A stretch of DNA of 32,000 nucleotides from the NCBI GenBank assembly GCA_943789275.1, contig CALSTM010000002.1:690001-722000 (forward strand), read 5' to 3'. The stretch is from Candidatus Poseidoniaceae archaeon (GTDB lineage Archaea; Thermoplasmatota; Poseidoniia; Poseidoniales; Poseidoniaceae). The notes beneath the pieces are model-generated. The model was not told the DNA's origin. It worked only from the letters and a program-made list of their open reading frames with translations, and made no database searches. Shown piece by piece: positions 16,606-27,500 of the stretch. The translations under genes were made by a program, and so were the position numbers. Position 1 is the first letter of the stretch. Each line of letters opens with the position of its first letter.

Positions 16606-17040
16606 TCAGGCCTTGTGGTACTCGCTGCCTCTCAAAATCTCCGTCGCACGGTAAAGTTGCTCAACCAACATCGAACTGGCCATCTCATGCGGGAAAGTGA
16701 GCGGCGAGAGAGAAAGGCGTGGGCTACCCCTCAAACCATCATCCTTCGGCCAACCTTCTGCCGGGCCAACGGCCAGATGAGTCTCCATCGCCTCCATTTT
16801 CCAAAGTCCTACTCGCTTTGAAAACTCGATAGAATCCATCATTTCACCACCTTCATCGAGGAATAGAACATTGCCTTTGAGTTTATCCAATCGCCCGACA
16901 TAAGCACTTACCGAGAGTTTGTCTGAATGAAACTCCAGCTTAACGCCTCTGTTTTTTAGCCGTTTAGCATACATTTCAATAAGCACGCGGTGAGCCTTTT
17001 CACGCGGGGTGCCATGGAAGTGGACGGTGATTCTTGCCAT
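16606..17040 (-). CDS. rlmH: 23S rRNA (pseudouridine-N3)-methyltransferase RlmH (SPOUT family)
   Basis: 144 aa. The C-terminal LAVGPAEGW...LSLSPLTFPHEMASSMLVEQLYRATEILRGSEYHK matches the RlmH pattern (GG..G......LSLS.LT.PH...R..L.EQ.YRA..I..G..YH). Confidence 0.88.
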   Translation of the reverse strand: MARITVHFHGTPREKAHRVLIEMYAKRLKNRGVKLEFHSDKLSVSAYVGRLDKLKGNVLFLDEGGEMMDSIEFSKRVGLWKMEAMETHLAVGPAEGWPKDDGLRGSPRLSLSPLTFPHEMASSMLVEQLYRATEILRGSEYHKA

Positions 17041-17064
17041 GCTTCAGCGAAACGGTTCTCATTC

Positions 17065-17454
17065 ATGAAGACCCTGTACGAAGCAAAATGTCATAGGGAA
17101 GGGGTGCGAAGGCATTTCATGGGTTGGTGGCCGTTTGGAAGCAAAAAGAAAACGGTTCGCAGCTCGGTCAACGACCCGCTGCTCAAGGATAACCGCACCA
17201 TGATTTCCGAACTGCGTGACGCATGTGAAATGAACTTCGACAATCCTGAGGAAGCCCGTCGACAAATTCGTAGAATGCAGGTAGAATGGACCGATGCGTC
17301 CCGTGAAGGAATGATTTCCGACATCAACCGCAGTGGCCTTGAGGCTCGAGCCTTTCGATTACTCACATGCAGCGATAAAAAATGGGTAATGTGGCTTGAC
17401 GACCTTGAATTTTGGAAGCCGGGGTGGAGGCCTGAGGACGATGACGAGGGTTGA
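17065..17454 (+). CDS. hypothetical small Trp-rich protein
   Basis: The track ORF starts at GTG 16990, inside rlmH on the opposite strand. In-frame ATGs lie at 17065 and 17119. The 17119 ATG is preceded by CGAAGG + 6 nt, the same arrangement as at the giant gene, and may be the real start. No family recognised. It is preferred over the antisense ORF 17091..17672. Confidence 0.55.
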   Translation: MKTLYEAKCHREGVRRHFMGWWPFGSKKKTVRSSVNDPLLKDNRTMISELRDACEMNFDNPEEARRQIRRMQVEWTDASREGMISDINRSGLEARAFRLLTCSDKKWVMWLDDLEFWKPGWRPEDDDEG

Positions 17455-17480
17455 AGAAGGGGCGACGACCGCCTTATGTC

Positions 17481-18173
17481 ATGGGTCAAACCCCTACACT
17501 CCATATGCTCTACACATGTCCATTTTGTTGGAAGGTTCGAGGCCTCATCGAATACATCGATCTTGACGTGGAATACATCAGCGTAAACGGAATGAAAATC
17601 AAGAAGGAAGTCGATTTTGCTGGCGATTGGGGTAAAGTACCTGTTTTTACCGATGAAAACGGGCAATATCACACCGACTCCACTCCGTTGCTAAAGCACA
17701 TCGACTCCACCTACAACGGCGGGAAGTTAGCTGCTTTGGGCGATGCCTCCCGCCAACAGAAGTGGCTTGAATGGGCAGATGCAAAAATGTCTAAAGCCAC
17801 TATACCAATTCTCTATGGTAGTCTACGCTCAGCGCTCAAGACAACCGTTCGTATTTCCAAAATTGAAAAATTCGGATTCTTCTCCAAGCGCCTCTATGCG
17901 TGGGCTGGCTTCCCAATTATGTGGGGGATTATCGCTCGAAAGCGAGTGAAAAAGGACGGTCGAACGCCAAAGCAATTGTGGCATGACTTGCTTACAGAAT
18001 TCACCGATGAACACGGGTCAAAGTCCTACTTTGGCGGAGATGAGCCGGACCTTGTGGATTTTGCCACATACGGCTACATGCGTTCCATTTCCCCGTTCCC
18101 GCAATTCAGTTTGCTTGAAGATCACGCCAAAGGGATGGCGTGGTACAAGCGAATGGAAGCAAGTGTACAGTGA
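17481..18173 (+). CDS. glutaredoxin-2 / prostaglandin-E-synthase-2-like GST family protein (CPFC active site)
   Basis: N-terminal thioredoxin-fold segment LHMLYTCPFCWKVRGLIEYIDLDVEYISVN...KVPVFTDENGQYHTDSTPLLKHID, followed by a helical GST-C-like half. The track start at 17451 is TTG, overlapping the upstream stop. The ATG at 17481 is in frame. Confidence 0.8.
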   Translation: MGQTPTLHMLYTCPFCWKVRGLIEYIDLDVEYISVNGMKIKKEVDFAGDWGKVPVFTDENGQYHTDSTPLLKHIDSTYNGGKLAALGDASRQQKWLEWADAKMSKATIPILYGSLRSALKTTVRISKIEKFGFFSKRLYAWAGFPIMWGIIARKRVKKDGRTPKQLWHDLLTEFTDEHGSKSYFGGDEPDLVDFATYGYMRSISPFPQFSLLEDHAKGMAWYKRMEASVQ

Positions 18174-18179
18174 AGTGGT

Positions 18180-19025
18180 ATGATGAATGTTCAATATCGA
18201 GGTATTGAATTTCAAAAAATCTCAACCGGTAGCGTCTATCTTGGTACAGAAAAAGGTGGCTGGATCTATGCCAGTCAACGGCCGCGCCATGAAGTGAAGT
18301 GTCCTGATTTTTACATCATGAAGTCGGTGCTGTCTCAACAGCAAATTCTCGACATTCTCCAATCCAAGGATGCGGACATTAAACTGGACGGTGCAAAAAT
18401 TCACGATATATGCCAACGGCTCACGGATGGCGTTGCTGATGAAGAATTCCTTGCTTCTTCCGCCCATGGATGGGAAGTTCGAAGTCCGAGCGAAGGTGAA
18501 TGGCGACACGCTCATGAAACCATAGGGCTCGAATTGAATCCAAAGAAAATCGAAATTCTAGCGGACGGGGTTGCAGACAACTATCGTGGAGCAATGATGG
18601 ATGGTCGGCCACGGCCTTTTCACGGTCTTGGACCGATGGCTAAACACCGTACTGCCATCGAAACCCACCCTACTCGAGAGGGAGTGACTGCTCTTTCAAG
18701 TGCCCCGATGGACCGGCCACTGGATGGGGTCGTGACTCGACTCGTCATCTCCCCTATCCGCTCGGAAAATGGTAAAATCGTGCCGTTAAACGCTGATTTT
18801 TTTTCCAATATTCGCGGGGAGGTTTTTTGGACATTCCTGCTAGGAGTCGTCCCTTCTTTCGTCATCCCTATCGCACGAGGAATGGGGAGTTATGCTGTGA
18901 ATGGATGGGCAAACCTGCTGTTTGGAGGTTTATGTGCGGGGTTTGTAACCGGTGCACTTTGGAGGCCTCGCCGCCCTACTCTGCAGTACAATGATGTCGA
19001 AGAATCAAACCTCATCCGGAGATGA
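18180..19025 (+). CDS. membrane-anchored protein with a possible divergent FGE-sulfatase (SUMF1-like) domain
   Basis: FQKISTGSVYLGTE...QRPRHEVKCPDFYIMKSVLS and GWEVRSPSEGEWRHAH recall the FGE-sulfatase fold motifs (P.H.V....F.I.k..VT; RLPTEAEWEYA). The C-terminus has two TM helices (VFWTFLLGVVPSFVIPIA, WANLLFGGLCAGFVTGALW). The family call is low confidence. The last 21 nt overlap the convergent maeB. Confidence 0.7.
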   Translation: MMNVQYRGIEFQKISTGSVYLGTEKGGWIYASQRPRHEVKCPDFYIMKSVLSQQQILDILQSKDADIKLDGAKIHDICQRLTDGVADEEFLASSAHGWEVRSPSEGEWRHAHETIGLELNPKKIEILADGVADNYRGAMMDGRPRPFHGLGPMAKHRTAIETHPTREGVTALSSAPMDRPLDGVVTRLVISPIRSENGKIVPLNADFFSNIRGEVFWTFLLGVVPSFVIPIARGMGSYAVNGWANLLFGGLCAGFVTGALWRPRRPTLQYNDVEESNLIRR

Positions 19026-21326
19026 AACCAGAGATTCCCAATACGAATCTTGACGAATCGCATCTGCAGCGCAAATTGCTGCCATGTTGACAATATGGCG
19101 AACTCCGTCTCTCCTAGCTACGAGTTGAACTGGTTTGTCCATGCCTTCCAAAATGGGCCCAGTCATCTCAGCATCACCGAGTTCTTCGAGCAACTTGTAG
19201 GCAATGTTGGCTGCGGCCAGATTCGGCAAAACCAAAACATTCGCTGGTCCATCGAAATCCATGAATGGATACTCTTCTTGCACTTCACCGTTCAAGGCAG
19301 TGTCCGCTTGCATTGGCCCGTCAATAACCAACGAGGGGTCAAGTTCACGGGCAAAATCAATCGCATCTTCAATTCGTTCAGAACGTTGAGCGCGGCTTGA
19401 ACCGAAGTTCGAGAACGAAAGCATTGCGACCTTGGGAGCGACTCCAAATCGACGAGCTACTTTCGCTGTTTGCACGGCGATTTCCGCTAATGTTCGGCTG
19501 TCGGGATAGACATTAACTGTTGCATCAGCAAGGAATATTGTCCTCCCTTTGACGTTGACCATATAGCACCCAACAACGCAATGCGAATTTTCATCTGGGC
19601 CGATTAGTTCGAGAGTTGGCCGCAGTACATCTCCATAATTCCGACTCACTCCTCCTACGAAACCATCAGCGTCTCCATTGATGACCATTTGACTGGCAAA
19701 ATACGGCCTTGATTTGAGAAGACGTCGGGCATCGACATGCGTCATTCCTTTCCTGCTTCTCTTCGACATCATTGCTTCGCAATATACGCCTTTTCTGCGA
19801 GGATCTTTTCGCGGGTCAAATACTTCATACTCAAAATGTAATCCTAGTTCATCGACCATTCGGTGGATGCGCTGTTCTGGACCAAGTAGAATTGGGTGGC
19901 AGATTTTCTGTTCAGCGAGTTGTGCCGCTGCTCTGAGAACTTTTTCGTGGTCTCCTTCTGGGAATACGATGCGTTTTCCTTTACCTCGCACTTGGTTAAT
20001 GACGTGCCTCATTATCGAATACGATAATCCCAATCGTGCTTCGAGTTGTTCACGGTAGGCTACGAGTGAGAACTCTTCGGACTGAACTGCAGCTACGCCT
20101 TCCTGAACGGCCGCTTCAGCAACTGCCGAGGCCTCCCAAATGAGAACTCGTCGATCAAACGGTTTTGGAATGATGTAATCAGGACCGTACTGCATTGTTG
20201 CTCCATCGTATGCTGCGGAAATATAATCTGGGACTGGTTCTTTGGCTAAAGCCGCAAGTGCTTTGGTTGCAGCCATTTTCATACCTTGGGTAATGTCTCG
20301 GGCTCGCACATCCAATGCTCCGCGGAAAATGTAAGGGAAACCAAGTACATTGTTGACTTGGTTTGAATAATCCGAACGCCCTGTGGCAATTATTGCATCG
20401 GTGCGAACTTCAAGTATTTCCTCTGGAGTTATTTCTGGCGTAGGGTTCGCAAGTGCAAAGATGATTGGTTTGTCTGCCATCGAAGCAACCATGTCCTTAC
20501 TGACAAGGCCTCCACGAGACAGCCCGAGCATCACATCAGCACCTTTCAGAGCATCAGCCAGTTGTCCGGCCTCTCGCTCCTGAGCGAACGGTGCTTTGTA
20601 TTCGTTCAACTCACCAGCCTCAAGTCGGGCCTTGGTAACGATTCCTTTGCTGTCGACCATTGAGATATTCTCACGTGTTACGCCAATGGCAACATAATGA
20701 TTCGCACATGCAATAGCGCTTGCTCCAGCACCAATGACGACAACTTTGACTGTGCCAAGTTCTTTTTCTTGAAGTTCGACGGCGTTCAGAAGAGCTGCAG
20801 CCGAAATTATCGCGGTTCCATGTTGGTCGTCGTGCATGACGGGAATATCAGTTGCTTCTGCGATTCTGCGTTCGATTTCAAAGCACTCGGGGGCCTTGAT
20901 ATCTTCAAGGTTTATTCCTCCAAATGTCTTCGAAATGTTGACGACAGTTTCGATAAAGGATTCAGGGTCTTCAGTGTCAACTTCGATATCAAATACATCG
21001 ATGTCGGCGAACGTTTTCAACAGCAGCCCTTTTCCCTCCATGACCGGCTTGCTTGCCAAGGCACCAATGTTGCCCAGTCCGAGAACAGCTGTTCCGTTCG
21101 AAATAACGGCAACTAAGTTCCCCTTCGAAGTGTACCTGTAAGCATCTTCCGGGCGCTCTGCAATTTCAAGGCATGGATAAGCAACACCCGGTGAATAGGC
21201 GAGGCTTAATTCGTGTGCCGTCGAATGAGGTTTGGTAGGAACAACCTTGATTTTTCCACGCGGCTCAGATTCGTGGTATTCCAGCGCTTCTTTCTTGAGC
21301 AGGCGCTCCTTTTTTTCGCGATTCAT
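19005..21326 (-). CDS. maeB: NADP-dependent malic enzyme, MaeB type (malic enzyme plus C-terminal phosphate-acetyltransferase-like domain)
   Basis: 773 aa. ALEYHESEPRGKIKVVPTKP, LSLAYSPGVAYPC, VAVISNGTAVLGLGNIGALASKPVMEGKGLLLKTFADIDVFDIEV, GGINLEDIKAPECFEIE, VFHDDQHGTA-like (VMHDDQHGTAII), GAGASAIA, then a PTA-like C-terminal half (VFPEGDHEKVLRAA...). Confidence 0.95.
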   Translation of the reverse strand: MNREKKERLLKKEALEYHESEPRGKIKVVPTKPHSTAHELSLAYSPGVAYPCLEIAERPEDAYRYTSKGNLVAVISNGTAVLGLGNIGALASKPVMEGKGLLLKTFADIDVFDIEVDTEDPESFIETVVNISKTFGGINLEDIKAPECFEIERRIAEATDIPVMHDDQHGTAIISAAALLNAVELQEKELGTVKVVVIGAGASAIACANHYVAIGVTRENISMVDSKGIVTKARLEAGELNEYKAPFAQEREAGQLADALKGADVMLGLSRGGLVSKDMVASMADKPIIFALANPTPEITPEEILEVRTDAIIATGRSDYSNQVNNVLGFPYIFRGALDVRARDITQGMKMAATKALAALAKEPVPDYISAAYDGATMQYGPDYIIPKPFDRRVLIWEASAVAEAAVQEGVAAVQSEEFSLVAYREQLEARLGLSYSIMRHVINQVRGKGKRIVFPEGDHEKVLRAAAQLAEQKICHPILLGPEQRIHRMVDELGLHFEYEVFDPRKDPRRKGVYCEAMMSKRSRKGMTHVDARRLLKSRPYFASQMVINGDADGFVGGVSRNYGDVLRPTLELIGPDENSHCVVGCYMVNVKGRTIFLADATVNVYPDSRTLAEIAVQTAKVARRFGVAPKVAMLSFSNFGSSRAQRSERIEDAIDFARELDPSLVIDGPMQADTALNGEVQEEYPFMDFDGPANVLVLPNLAAANIAYKLLEELGDAEMTGPILEGMDKPVQLVARRDGVRHIVNMAAICAADAIRQDSYWESLVSSPDEV

Positions 21327-21505
21327 GGTAATACCTTGTACAACGAAGGAGGTCTTAGGTTTGAGTGTTGCGTGGAATGGGGCTCTACAACCCTGTTTCG
21401 AACCGTATTGTTTGTTTTCGAAAAACGAAATTTCGACTCGCCTGGTATTGGCTAAAAAAGGTCTAAAAAAGGCTGAAATTACCGATTTTTTGGCGTATGT
21501 ATTGG

Positions 21506-21537
21506 TTATTTTTCACACGACGAAGGGGCGCGTTCAA
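21506..21537 (+). promoter_or_regulatory. candidate promoter for the giant gene (TATA-like TTATTTTT at 21506-21513; second A/T element TTCAAATA at 21530-21537)
   Basis: These are the only A/T-rich boxes within 60 nt of the ATG at 21564. CGAAGG (21552-21557) sits 6 nt upstream of the ATG as an SD-like element. Positional inference only. Confidence 0.25.
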
Positions 21538-21563
21538 ATACCCCAAAACAACGAAGGTTTCTC

Positions 21564-24500
21564 ATGAGGAGCGACTCGAACGTAAAGCCCCCCCAGCGCG
21601 ACACTCGCAGAGCGCTGCTGCTGGTCATTCTCATGCTGCTCTCTTCTGCAGCTCCAATCCTTACTTTTTCTGGTGTTTCAGCCCATGAGTCAGCGGTTGA
21701 CACAATATGGCCTCAAGAAGGCAGTAACGACACCGGATGGGTGCAATTGGATGCGACAGGCGCATCACCCGGCAGCCCTAACCAAGCCACTGCGGATTGG
21801 ACGCTTGAGTTCGCTCCAGGTGCCGAGTTGTCGAATGTATCGTTCCAAGTGCGAGTCGATGGGAGCGACGGCCTCATGATCGAAGAACCGATGCTTATTG
21901 CCAGTGACATAGGCGTCAACCTGTTGGACTGGAGAGGCCTTGGAATGCTTGGTTCTCAAGACAGTTTTACGGGCCCGAACCCTTACTCAGGCCGCCTAAG
22001 TCCGAACAGTGACTCAGGTGCAACTTGGACATTGCCTTCGGATGCTGAAATTACCGAACTGGTCATCGAAGCACTCGCACCGGTCGACCCGGTCGTGGCT
22101 CTGGCCCCGCTTGAACTGCGCATAACGGCGACTGCAATCCATCCACAAGATGGTCGAATGTACCTCGCAATCGACAATTCGCTCATGACTTTGGATTATT
22201 CGAATGACCCGATTGTAATTGATATTATGGAAATGGATTCAGATATTCGAGATCTCGTCATTGATACATCCAATAATCTACTTCACATTCTCTCTGGAGA
22301 AGACGGGTTCTCCGCATATTCGCTCGACGATACAAGTGAGCAGAGCGGTCTAACAGCTCCGACCTTCTGGCCCGAGTCTTCATCTCAACCGAGTTATGAT
22401 GTGTTTTACCTTGCTTCAAATGGATTCGTTTACGCTGCTTATGGAAACGGAATTGCACAATGGGACGGACTAAATTGGACTTTCCCAATGACGAAACTTA
22501 CCTCAGGGAAAGCGCTGGACATCGCTGAAGTAAACGGCGTACTCTATGTTTCATTTGATGATGAAGGAGTTGTTCGGTGGGACCTCAATTCCGGTTCCGC
22601 CCTTTCGACATGGTCGACAGCGAACTCTCTTCACTCTGACGAAATTGTTGAGATGATGGTATCCGGAAACCAAATCCTATTCGCCTCTCCTGACAGCGGA
22701 TTAGCTCGTTACGATTGGAATTCTGGATTTTGGCTCTCGACGTGGACCGATGGAAATTGGCTTGCCAGTAATTCAATCAACGGCATGGCTCGCTCTGGGG
22801 TGGACTTGTTCATTCTTAGCGGTGACACACTGCACATTTACGACACAACAAGCGGCGTGTTCACCAGTTCACAAGTGATTTCAAATTTCGGCCTAACCGG
22901 TGATGGAAGTGACTTGATTGTTTGGCCAGCGATCGGGGATAGGGCGCCGACATCCGAACTGCTGTTGCTTGGAAACGGCTTCGGTTCATTTGCCGAACTG
23001 ACTCCAAATCCTGCCCTTACTCAAACTGGAACACTCCTGATTGGTAGCGGGCCCACTTCATCAAGCATGCAAGACGCTACAGAACTCAACGGCGTGGTCT
23101 TCGTTGCTGCCGATGATTACATGAATCGATTTGATAGCCAAGCCTCTCGCTGGCTCCAACCAATTTACCTTGGAACAACGGTCAACCAGTTGATGAACGA
23201 TGGCTCTCATGTCTTCATCGCTTCGGAAAGTGGGCTTCACAAGATGCACAGCAACGGTAGCTTACTCCAAACATGGAACTCAGCAAATACCGATTTGAAT
23301 CAAGATGAAGTGATTCGTGTCGATTCAGACGGAACACACGCCGTTGCAATCTCGGGCGAAGGTGAAATGCTGGTGGTGGAGTTGGACGGCGCCAGCCTTC
23401 CGGCAGTCGAACAATACGATTATGCGGCCGTAGACCTCGCTCTTTTCAGCAATACGGTTCACCTTGCGACAGATGACAGCGGCGTCCTTAGATACGAACT
23501 CACCAATGAGTCGTGGCTAACTCCGTGGATTTCAACCGGAGTAAACGGGGCAGATAATGTCCCTATATCCGTTATTGGCGACATACTTTACTTCGGAATC
23601 CCCGGATACGGCGTGGCTCGTAAAGATATGTCTACGGGCGAATTGATGATTCCGCTCACTGCGGCTAGCAATAACCCTGGCCAAGGTTCCGCAACAAGTT
23701 CACTCCCTAGTGACAACATTTACGCTCTTGAATCCGACGGTTTCAACCTCTACATTGGAACGCAACAAGGTGCGAGAAAATGGGACGGAAACCAAATGAC
23801 GACGTTCGGTCAAGGTTCTTCTTGGGACACACGCCCTCAACAGTTTTTCGACTTCGTAGCCGTTTCCAGCATCTCAGGCGGTAGCCTCTATGCAGCGACC
23901 AATATCGGCGTATGTAAGTACAGCATTGCTACATTGGGAATCAACGAGTGCCTCAACGTATACGACGGAATGCCTAATTGGGCCACCTACTCGGTAGAAG
24001 CTGATTCCTACGGCTATATCTACGGCGGTACGAATTCGGGTGTTGGCATCATTTCGGCCTCTCCATACGATGTTATCGGAACTTGGGAGGCTGGAGAACA
24101 AACCCAGAACGCCCCAGTTGCAGTGGTTGGAGATGTGGCTTTCATCGCTCTAGACGGTATCGGAATCGCCCGTTATGACATTCCTAACAACGCTTGGCTC
24201 ACTTTGTGGACCGATGACAATGTATTGGATAACGGGAACGAGGATGCAACTGCACTCTCCCCCGATATTAATCCGAATTTGATATGGGTCGGGGGCGCTG
24301 ATGGCTTCCAGCTACTCAATGCAACAACCGGAAACGAAGTGTATGATATCGAGAAATCAAGCAGTTTGTTTGCTGGAAATGGCGACCCTCTCGACATGAT
24401 TCTGAAAGGAGATATCATGTATTACCATGATGGAACCAGCAGTGATAACCTGTACCGGTTTAATGCTCAGAATTTCACTGCACTTTCTGCTTTGGATGCT

Positions 24501-27500
24501 GGTGCACAAATTGGCCAGAACAACGGCGATGTCAATGGAATGAGCCTGGTTGGTGACATGATTATGATCAGCATCGCCTCACAGAACTGGTGGCAAGTTG
24601 ATGGCTCTGGCGGTATTGCTCAATGGGACACGATCAACAACACATGGGGCGACAACATACTCCCAATCGGGCAAGTTGACCGGGTTACTGCCTACCAATC
24701 CTCGAACGGAAACATGTGGGTTGCGTGGGGCGAAAACTCGCTCCAGTACATGGCAGCAAACGGAACAGTACTCGGCGAATGGGACGATGATGACTTCAAC
24801 TTCCCAATCCGGGAAATCCTCGAATACAACGGAGAAGTTCTTTTCGCAACTGAAGACGGGGTTGCCCGATACAACCAGACAAGTGACCAGTGGCTCTCAT
24901 TGTGGGAGGAAGGAAACGGACTCCCGAACAATGCGGGCTCCCGAATCTATGAACTGTGGACCGACGGCACAAATCTTGTTGTCGGTGGCGGTGATGTCAG
25001 TGGATTTGGACAATTCCAAGGCGGTTCTGTTTCCCACTGGAACGGAAATACATGGTCTCAGTACTCCATGGGAAGCGGTGGAACGCCCGGTGGATATCCT
25101 ATATCTATGGCGGAATGCGGCGGACTGCTCCACATTGGAATTTATGCCAACAACGGCGGCGTTGCCCGTCTGGATATGGCGAATGACACCTTTGTAGGTT
25201 CGTTCACACGAACAGACTTAGGGGAAGGTGAAGTTTCTGGAGTTGCTTGTGACGCTACAGACACGCTTTACGTTGCCTTCTACGAAGATGATGCTGACAT
25301 CATGAAGTATGGGTATTCTTCTGGAACTTGGCTGACCCCTATTACGACGGCAACAAATAACCTTCCAAGCGATCGAGTTTGGTGGGATGCAATGGACTAC
25401 GCCAATGGACAACTTGTTCTTGGCCATGGGCTAGGGACAAACGGCGACAACATCATCGGTGGCGGTTACACAACCATTGCTACATCAGGTAACTCAAATG
25501 CCCAAGCCAGCGTCAACGGAGCAGGTTCATCAGTCACCTCCTTCCAACGAGTCAACAACCAGTGGCTCATCGGTCAAGCAGGCAGCTCTTCTGGATTCAG
25601 TAAGGTGCTTACCATTAGTCCACTTGGCCAGAATACCATTGCGTCACTTCCGGGACTGGCCAGTGGTCAAGTCACCACAATGACCGGCAACAGTACTCAC
25701 CTGTGGGTAACCACTGCAGGAACAATCGCAACCTCAACCGGCTTTGGGCAACCCAGCGGCGCCGGACTCCTCCAAGGTGAACGTCAGTCAGACGGTTCGA
25801 TCCTCTGGCAAGATGGATGGATAATGGCTGCAAACAGCAAAGCCCAAGACGCTGAACTGATAGGTACGGATTTGTACATTTCTACATCTCCAACCGGCCT
25901 GTACAAACTCGATACTTTGACCGGAGCAGTTACACGACTCAGCGGAGGTTTGCACAACAATCTCGATGGAATGGTTCGTGATGGAACAACCCTTGTTCTT
26001 GGATTGATGGGGAGCGGCGGTTCCGCTCCTGGTGTTCAACTCTATGACATCCAAACGGGCTACGGTAACGGAAAACTCATCGGCGGCCTTCCTTCAAACG
26101 CAGTGAATAACTTCGCTGCAACTACAGATGTGCTTTACATTGCCACCAACGGCGGTGTAGGGCGATGGGATTATGCTGCTGCTGATTGGTTAAACCCACT
26201 CACCGCTGCAGACGGCCTTCCAACAAACCTCGTCGAAGATGTGCTGGTCGAGGGGAACTATCTGTGGATGGCTACGCGAGCCGGACTTGCTAGAATGGAT
26301 CTTACAACGAACAACACGATTGTTTACACTTCAGTTTCTGGGCTGATGGGGACTTCGACAATGTCGTTGACCTCTGCCGTGAATACCGTCACCAACAGCG
26401 ACGGAACTGTGTTCAGCGAGACCACATTGTTCATCGGTCACGATGGAGCTGGTAACGAACGACCTGCTGTAACGACCATCGGATTGACCTCAGGTGACAT
26501 CATAGGGCACGAATTTGACCAACTGCCTTCAAACAATGTCGATGCTCTAGCGAGCGATTATTGGGGCATACATGTAGCGACTGACATTGGACCTATGGTT
26601 CACTGGAACAGCAGTTCAAACTTCTTCGAAAGCGGAATTTCCTCCTTCCAAATCTTTGGCTGGCCAGTTGAAAAGATGGTAAGCGACGGCGAGCATGTTT
26701 TGGTCTTTGGTGGAAGCGGTGTGTCCATAATCGAAGCCCGAACAAACACTCACCCGAACATCAAGATGATTTCCATGCCCGAACTCACTGGAGGCACCCT
26801 TTCATCCGATTACATCTGGCTAACAACCGATGCCAATGGAATGTTTGGATACCAAAACAATGCCCAATACACAGAGGTTGACCGGATTTCAGTTCGATAC
26901 GCTAACCCTCTGAACGTCGGATTCAATCTTGCGTCTCAAGACATTTCAGACCTGACCAACCCCGGCATGAGCATCACGCTGGCCGACCTCGATTCTACGG
27001 TCTCCTTAGATTCAACTCAAGGCGTTGTTGGGACGAATGGAATCCTGTTCCAAACCGTCCCGCTTGCGTTTACCTCGCCAGTGAACAACGCTGCAACATG
27101 GGCCCAGTCAAAGAGTCTCAAATACAACGCAACCATAGAACTCAACAACAATCCCGACTTTGAAACAAGCCTCCAGCTCGCTGTTCAAAATGGAGTCATT
27201 GTGAATGGAACACAGTTCTTACAACTGTCGTTGTATTCTCCATCAAACGGTTCAATGCAGGTTCGCCTCATCTACGACTATGTCCGCACCGAAACTCCGA
27301 TTACACTGACAGGTTTGATCGACCGTCCGGACGATGGAGGTGGCGCATTACTTGCAAACTGGTCGCTCGTCCATGACGACAATTTTGCCCGCTATCTCGT
27401 CTATGTCAATGAAGGGCCCTTCGAGAGCGAAACTGGACTCGCACTTACGGCTGACGACTTAGCAGGTCGAACCATAGACAAAGCCATCTCACTCCACAGT

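Noticed and set aside
17091-17672. 193-aa minus-strand ORF spanning two plus-strand genes
   Set aside because: It overlaps the CPFC glutaredoxin-fold N-terminus of the GST-like gene and the upstream small gene. It is Ser/Arg-rich with no motif and is most likely an antisense shadow.
21454-21475. Tandem AAAAAAGGTCT / AAAAAAGGCTG in the maeB-giant gene spacer as a regulatory repeat
   Set aside because: There are only two short low-complexity copies. They lie 90-130 bp from either start, and chance occurrence in an A-rich spacer cannot be excluded. I kept it only as a note.
21327-21563. Possible small RNA (C/D box) in the 237-bp spacer, the longest in the window
   Set aside because: There is no RUGAUGA C box paired with a CUGA D box on either strand. 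I saw only a weak near-palindrome, GTTTTCGAAAAAC.
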